Part shown: in pieces, positions 1-9,897 of the stretch
Numbering within the stretch: position 1 is the stretch's first letter
How the letters are laid out: every line of letters starts with the position of its first letter
Origin: an uncultured delta proteobacterium
Lineage (GTDB): Bacteria > Desulfobacterota > Desulfomonilia > UBA1062
Reading direction: 5' to 3'
Assembly: GCA_963798485.1 (NCBI GenBank)
Contig: CAWCTR010000004.1
Coordinates: 32,001-96,000 of the forward strand
DNA length: 64,000 nt
Position numbers and translations under genes: made by a program
The notes under the pieces: generated by a model
Seen by the model: the letters and a program-made list of their open reading frames with translations, nothing else
Told to the model about the DNA's origin: nothing
The model's database searches: none

Positions 1-599
1 ACCTTGTAAATATTGTTCAAAGGTGTACTGGGTTCCGGAACATATTGATAGTGAAAGAAAAGATCAACAGCATTGGCATTAAGTTCGGGTTTAAAAGGCA
101 GTATAGAGATGAGGGTTTTTAACTCTGAAGCAAAATAGAAAGTATGATCACAAAAAAAGTAGTAAAGGGGTTTTTCTCCAACACGATCACGAGCCAGGAA
201 TAGCCTTCTTTCAAGAGTATCCCAGATAGCGAAGGCAAACATGCCCCTAAGTTTTTTTAAACAGTCTTTTCCCCACTGTGCATAGGCAGCCAGGAGTACT
301 TCAGTGTCAGACCTGCTGATAAAGACATGCCCAAGACCTTCTAAAACCTCCCTGAGCTCAAGATAATTATATATTTCTCCATTAAATGTTATGACATAAC
401 GTCCACCATGATAACTCATAGGTTGGTGACCCAGGCTGCTCAGATCCAATATGGCTAAGCGGGTATGTCCCATATGAATATGCTTATCATAAAAAATCCC
501 ATAATCGTCTGGCCCGCGATGTTTGAGCATTCGAAGAGCAGGAGTGAGATCTCTATGAGGACTCTTGTTGCGTGAAAGGATTCCGATAATGCCACACAT
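1..599 (-). CDS. asnB: Asparagine synthase (glutamine-hydrolyzing)-like amidotransferase, runs off the left window edge
   Basis: Not in the ORF track. Manual translation from ATG at 599 gives MCGIIGILSRNKSPHRDLTPALRMLKHRGPDDYG...GHTRLAILDLSSLGHQPM, with the N-terminal Cys, HRGPD and RLAILD..GHQPM motifs of Ntn amidotransferases. Such genes are common in polysaccharide clusters. Confidence 0.9.
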   Translation of the reverse strand, partial: MCGIIGILSRNKSPHRDLTPALRMLKHRGPDDYGIFYDKHIHMGHTRLAILDLSSLGHQPMSYHGGRYVITFNGEIYNYLELREVLEGLGHVFISRSDTEVLLAAYAQWGKDCLKKLRGMFAFAIWDTLERRLFLARDRVGEKPLYYFFCDHTFYFASELKTLISILPFKPELNANAVDLFFHYQYVPEPSTPLNNIYK

Positions 600-623
600 C
601 CGATTTAACCATTCATGTGCTGT

Positions 624-2078
624 TCAGATCTTCCTGGCGTCTACAATGAGTGATGTATAGTATATATCGCCACGCTTGAAGCGAACCTGTTTGTCAAATC
701 GTAGCGACCGCATAATGCAACCATCTTTTATATCCCAAGACACACTATGGAAGTTCCCATCCACATCGAAATATTCCAAAGGAGTTGCCTGAAACCCACA
801 GCTCTCTATAAGCGGGATGAGTGTATCAACACTGAACAGTAGCTGGTGCCCATCCTTAGGAGGTGTGACCTCAGCAGAGTATTCAGGGTCATTCCTGTAT
901 CCATCCGGAACTGCAATCCTGAGCAGGCCGTCTGTTTTAAGAAATCTATTACATGCTTTCATGGCTGTCCTGCATTCCGGTTCTGTGAGGTGCTCGAAGA
1001 CATGTTCTGCCAGAATACGGTCAATGGATCCCGGATGAAAATATTCTTCCCAGCTGAGGGGGAAGGTTATATCCAGGGTGTCTTTATCGGTGCTGAGCCA
1101 TCCTTCTCTTTTCATGCCTCCAGAACCGATGATGAGATTGATTGGCCTGGCGGAGATCAGCCTCTGTTTCAGCTCCTTCTTCTGTTTTGCGATCGATCGG
1201 TTTGCTGTGAAGAATTCTATCATATATGGGCAATGGAATATTTTTATCAACCTGTGTCTAAGGATATTTCGTTCGAACCTGATAAATTGCCTCAGGTCAT
1301 CTCGTGCAAAGTTCTTCTGGAGGAGACCTGCTTTGAAGGAATAATTACATGCTGATAATGTATAGTCATAAGTCTCTCCAGCGGGGAGATGTTGAAGATT
1401 TATCAAGGCTTCGTTGTCCTGGGTGTAATCTGTGAAATCAATGCTTCGATGTTTGTAATCGTGATCTTGATGATAGACCATTACCGTTTGAGAGAGATCT
1501 ACGACCTTGAAATTTCTCACCCGCCCATCAAATATCATCCATAAATCCCATCCCCCTCTTCCCACAAGTAAGTTCGGCATGCTCTTATACTGGCCTCTGG
1601 GAAAGGCAAAATAATCGCTCCCCAACGGGGGATGGACAGTCATCTTTTGAGAATTTAACTGGTGAAATTTCAGTTCCCAGTTTCTATTAAAATTCAGCAG
1701 CTGATCCAGATTGATATCATACCGCTGCCCCACGAGGAGGTATCTTCCCTTTAGTTTCTGATGAATTTTTATTATTGTTTCTGAAAATGCACCTGTGGCA
1801 ATTATATCGGCATTGATGAAACAGCAGATGTTATGTTCTGCTAATTGCTGTGCCTTGATGAACATATCATCTATATGGGGTGTCCCTTCTGGGGATGTCT
1901 TTATTTCAGGATAAATAAAGATGCCCGGTTGACCCGCCAATTCTTTTATCCCTTCGGTCTTGCCGAAGATGATTATCTGAGCGTTTTCTACCGAATGCTG
2001 CCAGCTCCTGATGGCATTGAGCTGGGCAACTCGGGTTTTCCCGGTGAAATTCTTTGCTGTGGAAAAAAAAGTTATCAT
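624..2078 (-). CDS. Fusion of a glycosyltransferase-like N-terminal domain and a class I SAM methyltransferase-like C-terminal domain (about 484 aa)
   Basis: Likely start MITFFSTAK at 2078; the track start at 2153 overlaps the upstream gene. N-part has CCFINADII (DxD-like) and GRGGWDLW. C-part has INLIIGSGG, ILAEHVFEHL and LKTDGLLRIAVPD. Confidence 0.7.
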   Translation of the reverse strand: MITFFSTAKNFTGKTRVAQLNAIRSWQHSVENAQIIIFGKTEGIKELAGQPGIFIYPEIKTSPEGTPHIDDMFIKAQQLAEHNICCFINADIIATGAFSETIIKIHQKLKGRYLLVGQRYDINLDQLLNFNRNWELKFHQLNSQKMTVHPPLGSDYFAFPRGQYKSMPNLLVGRGGWDLWMIFDGRVRNFKVVDLSQTVMVYHQDHDYKHRSIDFTDYTQDNEALINLQHLPAGETYDYTLSACNYSFKAGLLQKNFARDDLRQFIRFERNILRHRLIKIFHCPYMIEFFTANRSIAKQKKELKQRLISARPINLIIGSGGMKREGWLSTDKDTLDITFPLSWEEYFHPGSIDRILAEHVFEHLTEPECRTAMKACNRFLKTDGLLRIAVPDGYRNDPEYSAEVTPPKDGHQLLFSVDTLIPLIESCGFQATPLEYFDVDGNFHSVSWDIKDGCIMRSLRFDKQVRFKRGDIYYTSLIVDARKI

Positions 2079-2083
2079 GGGGT

Positions 2084-3133
2084 TTATACCGAAAGCTGCA
2101 CGACAAAACTTTCCCCGAGGCCGGCAGCATCCAGGGTGCGGTTTGCAGCACATACCGCAGGGAGGAATCCATATGAATAGAAAGCATTCCGCATTTTCCT
2201 AGGGATAAAATTCCAGAGGCTTTTAACCGGCAGATCATTGGGTGCTCCTGGGTCCCAGAAGGGGTCTCTCTGGCCTCTCACATATAGTATCTGCAGGGTT
2301 CTCATCTGATAGGTCATCCAGGCATCCGGAGTCACAGTGAACAATTTTTTAATTCTGAAACCGCATTTCTCTGCAAGCAGGGTTATGATTTTTTTCGAGA
2401 AATGGTTTATGTGGTAGGGAGGATACCAGTGTAGCCATTTTTCACCAAAGATATGCCTATAGAGGGCATTGACATTGGGAAAACTCAAGATTACCTGGCC
2501 GTTCTCTGCAAGCCGTTCTCTTATCTCGATGAGCAATTGTCCGGGGTTCGGTTCATGTTCAATGACCTGCTGTGCCAGGATATAATTGAAAAGCCCTTTT
2601 TCTGCTGGAAGGTCGGATAACTGGCCGATGTGTACGTCAAGGCCGAGCTGCTTCGCGATAGGGAGGATGTTCAGATCGACATCTACCCCGATAACCTCTC
2701 TGGCACCGTAATGTCGTGCCATCAAAAGCGAGAGGCAGTTCCTACACCCGAGATCGAGAACTTTTTTCCCGGGAGATATATACTGGTAGCAGGCATTTCC
2801 GCCCCCTTGGGCCCAGAGCCTGAAAGGCGATATGTCTTTGATCTTTTTAAATATTGACAAAACCTGCTCACTTGTCTCGCTGGAGCGGGGATAATACTTC
2901 TGGTAAATACGGGAAAGCTCTTCGCGATCCAGAGATGGCCGGGTCCGGCATAAGCCGCAATGATCACACCGGTAAATGGAAAAAAGCCTGGGGTATCCAT
3001 GCCGGTTGTCGAATATGTTTTCGTAGAGTACCCGGGTGTTATGCTGACAAATGATACAGCTTTTTAAAGTTAAAGTTTCTTCCCTGGATGTGTCTGGACA
3101 TTTATTCGGAGAATGATTACGGGAGCCCGGCAT
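2084..3133 (-). CDS. Class I SAM-dependent methyltransferase with N-terminal Zn-ribbon
   Basis: CIIC...CDHCGL zinc ribbon, VLDLGCRNC, GVDVD, QVIEHEPNP, SFPN and WLHWYPPYHINHFS, typical of glycan-cluster methyltransferases. Confidence 0.8.
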   Translation of the reverse strand: MPGSRNHSPNKCPDTSREETLTLKSCIICQHNTRVLYENIFDNRHGYPRLFSIYRCDHCGLCRTRPSLDREELSRIYQKYYPRSSETSEQVLSIFKKIKDISPFRLWAQGGGNACYQYISPGKKVLDLGCRNCLSLLMARHYGAREVIGVDVDLNILPIAKQLGLDVHIGQLSDLPAEKGLFNYILAQQVIEHEPNPGQLLIEIRERLAENGQVILSFPNVNALYRHIFGEKWLHWYPPYHINHFSKKIITLLAEKCGFRIKKLFTVTPDAWMTYQMRTLQILYVRGQRDPFWDPGAPNDLPVKSLWNFIPRKMRNAFYSYGFLPAVCAANRTLDAAGLGESFVVQLSV

Positions 3134-3134
3134 C

Positions 3135-4082
3135 CTAAGATATCTCCAGCGAAAAATAAGATGGGTAGTCTGTCGTCATTGCCAGGATTCGCGATAAATC
3201 ATAATATTCTCCGCATCTCATGGCAAATTCTGATTGATTCTCAATAATGATCAGGAAATATGTCTGTTTTCCAAACAGTAGGCGATGCAGAAATCTTCTC
3301 ATACTTCTTGGTATATAAGGTTCATAAGCAAGGTAAGCAGCAAGAAGAGTGCGCTCTCTATGAAGAGAGGCTGATATTTTATCTACTTCTTGGAGATAAT
3401 CTTTTCTATTTGAGCTCAGCTGCCCTTCAATTTGTCTGAAACAGCTTACATGAGCATTTACAGAATAGAGAGGCACTTTGTCGGCAAAGGCAGTCCAGAG
3501 CCAGTAGTCCCCAGCGTATTTCAAATGGAGCGGTATGCCCCCGATTGCCTTCCAGAGACCTCCCCTCCAGAACGTGCTGTCCTGTTGTATGAAATAGAGT
3601 TCTCTGCCATAAACCCCTTCCTTGAGCCATTGTTGATTATAGATAAAACACCTGCCTGTTTGGGTGATTTCCGAAAGGCTGTTGATATATGACGTGATCC
3701 CTTTGATCCACTGCACATGAGGGAAACGTTCAAAGATACTGGTTATATAAGAAAATGCCCCCGGGAGATAGATGTCGTCGGCATTGATCCATGCGAAAAT
3801 ATCGCCTGATGCCCGATTGAAGCCTTTGTTGATGGCATCGTACATCCCTGTATCTTTCTCGGAAATAAAGTAAAAAGATATTCCCCGGCACTGTATGGGA
3901 TAGGTCCCTGATGTGAGAATATGCTGAAATTCGGAGAGTATTTCTACTGTTCTGTCCTCTGATCCTCCATCTATGATGATATACTCCAGAGAGAAGTCTC
4001 CCCGCTGTGAGATTACACTCTGTATAGTTTCCGCGATATAGGACTCCCCATTGCGGACCGGAGTTACGATGCTGATTTTCAT
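3135..4082 (-). CDS. GT2 family glycosyltransferase (WcaE/WfgS-like)
   Basis: KISIVTPVRN, IIIDGGSED, GMYDAINKG, WINADD and YAGDYWLW motifs. Confidence 0.9.
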   Translation of the reverse strand: MKISIVTPVRNGESYIAETIQSVISQRGDFSLEYIIIDGGSEDRTVEILSEFQHILTSGTYPIQCRGISFYFISEKDTGMYDAINKGFNRASGDIFAWINADDIYLPGAFSYITSIFERFPHVQWIKGITSYINSLSEITQTGRCFIYNQQWLKEGVYGRELYFIQQDSTFWRGGLWKAIGGIPLHLKYAGDYWLWTAFADKVPLYSVNAHVSCFRQIEGQLSSNRKDYLQEVDKISASLHRERTLLAAYLAYEPYIPRSMRRFLHRLLFGKQTYFLIIIENQSEFAMRCGEYYDLSRILAMTTDYPSYFSLEIS

Positions 4083-4178
4083 TGATTGTCCATGCCAGTG
4101 TCGGCCATTATATCAGGATAGATCATGGGTCATCTTGATGGATGTCTAGTCGATGCAACCCCTTGAGGAAGAACGTCT

Positions 4179-6035
4179 CTATCCCCGCTCGGACCTCTTA
4201 CTTTGTAGTAGGGGCGGCCGTGATGCCTGGATGCGGTACAGTGCAAAAGCCGAATTCTCCCAGATCAATTTATATCCAAGATTATTGATATATTCCTCTT
4301 TCATGTATGCCAGCTTATCTTTATCCGTCGAGTTTGATTCGCTCTTGGTCACCGGCCATTTGGGCTCTACCCGGGTATCGGTTTTGGAGAGGACGAAGAT
4401 CCGTGGAAGGCGCTTCTCGTCGAGTAGTTTTTGCTGTCTCTGCCTGATCATATCCACGTTGTCGAGAAACAGCCAGGCATTGTCCATGGCGGGTTTTGTT
4501 CCGGTCAGGTAATAAAATAGGGGGAGGTTATTCGCCATGATGACCTCCTCATTCTTTATGGTGTTCCTTCCGATAGCCTCCAGCACTTCATCCACCGCCC
4601 TTACCCTCTGTGGCGTCGAGAAGATGCCGGCAAGTGCAGAATGAGAAAAGGGTACCGTGAGGGCCAGCCTGTTCGGATTGTCCCGGTAGATGTTCGTGAA
4701 ATGGAACATGACCGCCAGCATCATGGCAACTGTGAGCATACTGTTGTTATATGTGCGTACGATGGACAAAGGGGTGTCATTGTTACATTCCAGCCATTTA
4801 TCCATGCAGAGAAAGGAGAGAGGTAAGATCAGCCACATCCCGAAGCCTATATTCAACAAGCCGCGGTTCGATCCTATAGGAGTTATGACCATAATCGAAA
4901 TGCCCGCGATGAGAAGGAGGTTTAGTTTTCCAGTCACACCTTTATCAAGGACCAGGAACAAAGATGAGAGGATTAATGATATTCCTGCTGCTATCATATG
5001 GATCTTGTAGGCGACCATTTCGTATTCCCAGCCTGTCAACTGGAACAGCTGCTTGACAGTTAAAACGACCGGTATGCAGACGAATAATGCTATAGCAAGT
5101 TTTCTGCCTACACATAGCCCAATTATAATAAGCACGATTGTCAACACCATGTAGTGTTTCAATGATGCGGTTAGGATCTTGAGATGCGATTCATAAAGTG
5201 TCGTTAGTGAATTAAGGTCGTGATGAGTACCTTTCACGGTCAATGTCTTGATGCTCTCAGCAAATAGACCCATCGGCCCATGCTGCAGAAGACCAAGATA
5301 CCAGTACATGAAGGCCATGACAGCAGCCGATAATAGGAATCCCAGGAAAGACATCAATAGAAGACGGATTGCCCTGAAAGCCCTGTCCCTTCTCAAAAAA
5401 AGACAGGTTATAAGGAGTATGGCAGGGCAAATAATAACCGTAGCAAGAGAAACCTTGCTCAGTATAACCGGTACAGCAAGGAGACCGATTAGGAAACCAA
5501 AGACATCAGCTCTCATGGTTCCGGCGAGTGCAGTCATCGACTTGTTGAAAAGCCACAGCTCTGCGGTGAGAAGAAATGTGGGGAAAGTATTGTAGTTGAT
5601 GATGTCTATCCCATAACGCATATTGATGAAGAAGGATGATATAAAGACAACGAGAAAGGACTTGTGTCTGTCGAAGTAGTGTGAAGCGATGAAGAATACG
5701 ATGAGGGCATTCATGGAATACAGGAGGATGCCCCCGATTCTTGCCCAGAGAAGGCTCGGTCTCTGAATGACGCTTAGCCACATGCCGCCAAAAAAGTCAG
5801 AGAGGAATATTAGGGGGTATATCCTGTCAGGGTTGATGTGGAGACTGAATGCCTCTACTTGGTTGGATAGGCTCCATCCTGTATCTGTTACATCCACACC
5901 TTGAAAGATAAAGGGGAGATGGGCGAGGAAGACAACAATGAAGAGGGTAAATGTTAAGCACAAGATACCTGTTTCTGGTTTCTGCAGTAGTTCATTTTGA
6001 GATGAATAATAGGTTACTGATGATGGCATCTCCAT
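4179..6035 (-). CDS. Polytopic membrane protein, probably a GT-C-like glycosyltransferase, polymerase or ligase
   Basis: Many hydrophobic segments, an N-terminal QGVDVTDTG loop and a soluble C-terminal domain (LFYYLTGTKP). Probable start MEMPSS at 6035, just after the wzt stop. Confidence 0.6.
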   Translation of the reverse strand: MEMPSSVTYYSSQNELLQKPETGILCLTFTLFIVVFLAHLPFIFQGVDVTDTGWSLSNQVEAFSLHINPDRIYPLIFLSDFFGGMWLSVIQRPSLLWARIGGILLYSMNALIVFFIASHYFDRHKSFLVVFISSFFINMRYGIDIINYNTFPTFLLTAELWLFNKSMTALAGTMRADVFGFLIGLLAVPVILSKVSLATVIICPAILLITCLFLRRDRAFRAIRLLLMSFLGFLLSAAVMAFMYWYLGLLQHGPMGLFAESIKTLTVKGTHHDLNSLTTLYESHLKILTASLKHYMVLTIVLIIIGLCVGRKLAIALFVCIPVVLTVKQLFQLTGWEYEMVAYKIHMIAAGISLILSSLFLVLDKGVTGKLNLLLIAGISIMVITPIGSNRGLLNIGFGMWLILPLSFLCMDKWLECNNDTPLSIVRTYNNSMLTVAMMLAVMFHFTNIYRDNPNRLALTVPFSHSALAGIFSTPQRVRAVDEVLEAIGRNTIKNEEVIMANNLPLFYYLTGTKPAMDNAWLFLDNVDMIRQRQQKLLDEKRLPRIFVLSKTDTRVEPKWPVTKSESNSTDKDKLAYMKEEYINNLGYKLIWENSAFALYRIQASRPPLLQSKRSERG

Positions 6036-6042
6036 AATACGG

Positions 6043-7323
6043 TTACTTTTTGGGATGTATGGACCAGGAATGATCAATAAACATCAGCCGGGATCTGTCC
6101 GGTATGCTCCCTGTACCGAAGTAATCGCCACTCTCCACTGTAAAGGTTCCGGCATGCTGTATCCAGTCCTGGATACCTGAGCCGGTCATGGCGAAAACGT
6201 TGTAGGCATATGTTCCTGCATTTAATGGGAGCTTCGGTATGAAGCATGAGAAGATCCCTTTGGCCGGGATATCATGAAGAAACAGATCACCTGTTATCAC
6301 ATTGCTAAGATCCGTTATAGCGATGTTCGTGATGGTGGATAGCGCAAAGGATACCTTGAGATTCTGTATCCGACATGCATCGTCAGCAATGTAGCTGGCT
6401 AGAATTTTAAGCGGCCTTCCAGAAGCAGCCGAGGATACGCGGTTGCCCTGTTCATCTTCAATCCATGTATCGGTAAAACGGATACAGCCTTCACCCTGCC
6501 TGTCTTTTCTGTCAGCCAGGGGTGTTCTGGCTGTCTCCGAGACCTGGGACAGATACTGGATGATCACTTCTTCCGTAGGGCCATTTTGGATGATTGAACC
6601 ATTGGACAGGAGGAGAGACCGGGGACAGATGTTCGATACGGCAGCCATGTTATGGCTCACGAACAGGACTGTTCTGCCTTCTTTTGCAACAGTGCCCATT
6701 TTGCCGAGGCATTTCTTCTGGAACTCACTGTCACCGACAGCAAGGACCTCATCGACAAGCAGGATCTCCGGTTCAAGATGGGCTGCAACAGCAAAAGCCA
6801 AGCGCACATACATGCCACTGGAATACCTCTTTACCGGGGTATCAAGAAACTTCTCGATCTCGCTGAAGTCCACGATCGCATCGAACTTGCGATCGATCTC
6901 CGCCTTGCGCATACCGAGGATGGTACCATTTAGATAGATGTTCTCCCTGCCGGTGAGCTCGGGGTGGAACCCTGTTCCCACTTCAAGGAGGCTCGCCACC
7001 CTGCCATGGAGTTTTATTTCGCCAGATGTCGGCTCGGTGATGCGGCTTAGGATCTTGAGCAGGGTGCTCTTGCCAGCACCGTTGCGGCCGATGATGCCGA
7101 CAACCTCACCTGGGAGGATATCGAACGACACATCTTTCAGCGCCCATATGGTGTCAGGACAATCATCCTCAATCCTGGTAAGGCGTCTGAGGTTCCTAAA
7201 ATTCCGCACCGGGGCAGTGAAGGCATCCATAATGGCCTCGCGGAAGGTAAGGTTGGTTCTCTCCTTGACGCCGAGGTGATACAACTTGGAAAGATTGTTG
7301 ACTTCAATAATGGAGTTGCTCAT
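6043..7323 (-). CDS. wzt: Polysaccharide ABC exporter ATP-binding subunit with C-terminal Wzt_C domain
   Basis: GRNGAGKST Walker A, YSSGM signature, LLVDEVLAVGD Walker B, plus a C-terminal beta-rich extension. Confidence 0.93.
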   Translation of the reverse strand: MSNSIIEVNNLSKLYHLGVKERTNLTFREAIMDAFTAPVRNFRNLRRLTRIEDDCPDTIWALKDVSFDILPGEVVGIIGRNGAGKSTLLKILSRITEPTSGEIKLHGRVASLLEVGTGFHPELTGRENIYLNGTILGMRKAEIDRKFDAIVDFSEIEKFLDTPVKRYSSGMYVRLAFAVAAHLEPEILLVDEVLAVGDSEFQKKCLGKMGTVAKEGRTVLFVSHNMAAVSNICPRSLLLSNGSIIQNGPTEEVIIQYLSQVSETARTPLADRKDRQGEGCIRFTDTWIEDEQGNRVSSAASGRPLKILASYIADDACRIQNLKVSFALSTITNIAITDLSNVITGDLFLHDIPAKGIFSCFIPKLPLNAGTYAYNVFAMTGSGIQDWIQHAGTFTVESGDYFGTGSIPDRSRLMFIDHSWSIHPKK

Positions 7324-7325
7324 GG

Positions 7326-8159
7326 TTAGATGACGTCCGCAAAATACCGCTCGACCTGTTTGAAGTAAATCAACCCGATCAGGAAAAGGCCAATACTGAT
7401 GAATGTTGATATCAGAACCATTTCGATGGGAAACGCTACCTTACCCAAGATGGCAGACCTGAACCCCTCAATAATCCCCGTCATGGGGTTGAGTGCATAG
7501 ATCATGCGATACCTTTCCGGGATCATGGATGCCGGGTAGACGATAGGGGTGGCGAACATCCAGAATTGGACAAGGAAGGGGATCATATAACTTACATCCC
7601 GATACTTAGCGCTGAGTGCCGCCAGAACCATTCCGATGCCGCTCGCAATGAGCATCATAAGGATGATGAGCACCGGCAGTATGAATACAAGAATAGATGG
7701 ATAGATATGATAATATATCATCATTCCTATCAGCACTACAAAGGCAATGGCAAAATCAAGCAATCCCGCGACTACCGGTGCGAGCGGGATAAAAATTCGT
7801 GGGAAATAAACCTTGGAGATCAGGCTCCCGGAACCAACGATGCTGTTCGATGATTTATTGATAGCACCGGAGAAATATGTCCATGCTATCATTGCCGTGA
7901 AGTTAAAGATAGGATAGGGGACGCCGTCGGATGGAATCTTTGCGAGCTTGCCAAAAAAGAGGGTGAACACGACCATCATAAAGAAAGGCTGTATAACAGC
8001 CCAGAGACCACCCAGCACGGTCTGCTTGTACTTCACCTTGATGTCCCGTGTTACCAGGAAATATAGCAGGTCTTGGTATTGCTTCAGTTCCCGGAACTCT
8101 ATAAGCTGCAATCCTTTCTTCGGTTTGATATGAATATAGTGTTGAGCGTTCACTGGCAC
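7326..8159 (-). CDS. wzm: Polysaccharide ABC exporter permease
   Basis: RDIKVKYKQTVLG..WAVIQP, LISKVYFPR, ATPIVYP and LNPMTGIIEGFR; adjacent to wzt. Confidence 0.93.
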   Translation of the reverse strand: MPVNAQHYIHIKPKKGLQLIEFRELKQYQDLLYFLVTRDIKVKYKQTVLGGLWAVIQPFFMMVVFTLFFGKLAKIPSDGVPYPIFNFTAMIAWTYFSGAINKSSNSIVGSGSLISKVYFPRIFIPLAPVVAGLLDFAIAFVVLIGMMIYYHIYPSILVFILPVLIILMMLIASGIGMVLAALSAKYRDVSYMIPFLVQFWMFATPIVYPASMIPERYRMIYALNPMTGIIEGFRSAILGKVAFPIEMVLISTFISIGLFLIGLIYFKQVERYFADVI

Positions 8160-8428
8160 GGGCAGGGGTTCCTCTTGTTGAAAATGGCATATAACGGAAA
8201 GAGTGACAAAGCAGCCTTTGTCTGATAAAGATTATTCACAATAGTTTGCCAATCATAAAGCTGGTGTCGAATAATCAGAATATTACTTCATGATTAGTAG
8301 ATCATCCGGCACAGCTCCGCCTACCCGGGTGTGACCTGAGCCGCCAAAGTAATTATTCAGACTATGTACAAACATTCTTTAGGGTAGTACCTATTATCTG
8401 CATGTATCTGGTGAGATACATAACATCT

Positions 8429-9559
8429 TCATTTCTTATTTTCCATAACCAGCTGATTGTAACTGGTAATGAATCCCTTGGCAATGGAGTCCCAAGAGAT
8501 GGAGCTATTCATTTTCCGGCTTTTTTGTTCAAGTACAGCAAGGGGAATGGCCCCTGAGAGTGCCTGGATGACCTTCAGGGCCAGGTCTTGGGCATCTCTT
8601 GGTTTGAATAGGAAGCCATCTTTTCCATCCATTACCAATGGTCTGTTGGCGTCAATATCCGTAACTACCGGGGTCAATCCTGAAGCAATTGCCTCGAGGA
8701 GTGCAGGGGATGTTCCGTCGGCAATGGCCGTAGAGACATAGACGGATGCATGTTTCATGAGTTCGGGAATCTTTTCGGATAGGACATGACCGAGAAAGGT
8801 GATGCTCCCTTTGGTATCTATCTCGTGGGCAACAGCCTTCAGATGTGCTTCCTGGGAACCGGTGCCTGCGATGATGAAGCGGGCATCCGGTATGAGCTCC
8901 GTAACAATAGGAACGCTCCGGATCAATGTCTCGGCATCATAGACAGGTTCAAGGCTTCGGGTATACACGACTGTTTTTGTGTTACGGTCAGGGTTGATCT
9001 CGAAGAACTGCGAATCTACTCCCATGGGGATGACCTCTGAGTTTTGGAGTATTTTTCTACTCCTCATGCTTGGAGAGACAATTATCGTCTTATCTGATAA
9101 TCTTGCTGCAAGATCAAAAAGTGCTCTTATGGGCTGTCGTTCGCTGATGCGGAGGTCCATGCCGTGCGCGGTATTAAGGATAGGTACGCGCAGTATGCGG
9201 CCTGCTATGGCGGCGATAAGGCCGGTGGGGACTATCCAGTTGCCATGTATTACATCCGGTTTGTATTTTAATATAAGGTGCAGTGCCTTAATCATCCCGG
9301 ATACCATGTAGATGGCCATGGGGATTAGGCGGATCGAGTCCATCTGGTTCAGCTGTCTGCTGTTACTCGGAAACCAGAAGCGATAAACCTTTATACCGCT
9401 GTCATCTTCGAAGTATGAGCTTTGACTGAGGATCCTCGGGGTGAGAACCAGGACATCCAGTCCATTCTTCATCAGCTCAAGGCAGAGCTTTCTGATGAAT
9501 ATCCCACGCTGTGAACCGGGAAAATCGGGATAGGATGTTGTGATCAGAAGCACTTTCAC
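8429..9559 (-). CDS. GT4 family glycosyltransferase
   Basis: GT-B fold motifs: PDVIHGNW, TAHGMD, and DGTSPALLEAIASG (E-x7-E-like). Confidence 0.88.
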   Translation of the reverse strand: MKVLLITTSYPDFPGSQRGIFIRKLCLELMKNGLDVLVLTPRILSQSSYFEDDSGIKVYRFWFPSNSRQLNQMDSIRLIPMAIYMVSGMIKALHLILKYKPDVIHGNWIVPTGLIAAIAGRILRVPILNTAHGMDLRISERQPIRALFDLAARLSDKTIIVSPSMRSRKILQNSEVIPMGVDSQFFEINPDRNTKTVVYTRSLEPVYDAETLIRSVPIVTELIPDARFIIAGTGSQEAHLKAVAHEIDTKGSITFLGHVLSEKIPELMKHASVYVSTAIADGTSPALLEAIASGLTPVVTDIDANRPLVMDGKDGFLFKPRDAQDLALKVIQALSGAIPLAVLEQKSRKMNSSISWDSIAKGFITSYNQLVMENKK

Positions 9560-9688
9560 TGCGGATGTCCTATACCATATCGATATAGAAGCACAAGGGG
9601 ATAGCTGGGGGGAATATACTCTGCTTGTTCGGAACGCACAGGGTAATAAGAGTTGTAGTAATGTTGTATTACAAACATATTAAACATG

Positions 9689-9718
9689 TTGACAAGAGCT
9701 GGCATAAGGTACGATAAT
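9689..9718 (+). promoter_or_regulatory. Putative sigma70 promoter of the acyl-CoA operon
   Basis: TTGACA (9689-9694), 18-bp spacer, GATAAT (9713-9718) in the divergent intergenic region. Confidence 0.4.
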
Positions 9719-9897
9719 ACTGTAAGATATATTTAGTAGTTCAATTTTGAAATGCGGCAGCTTATATGAGGATGTTTCTCTCCCATATCTATCAGCCGTG
9801 AGCTTTTTTTACAGCGGTTCTCCATCAAGATGGCGGGGAGTTGCTCCGGGATTTATTTGAAAAGTCAGGTTTGAACTCTTGAAGGCAGGTTTGCGAG

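Noticed and set aside
8200-8420. ops/JUMPstart element upstream of wzm
   Set aside because: Only partial GGCGG/GGTAG similarity; no convincing GGCGGTAG consensus.
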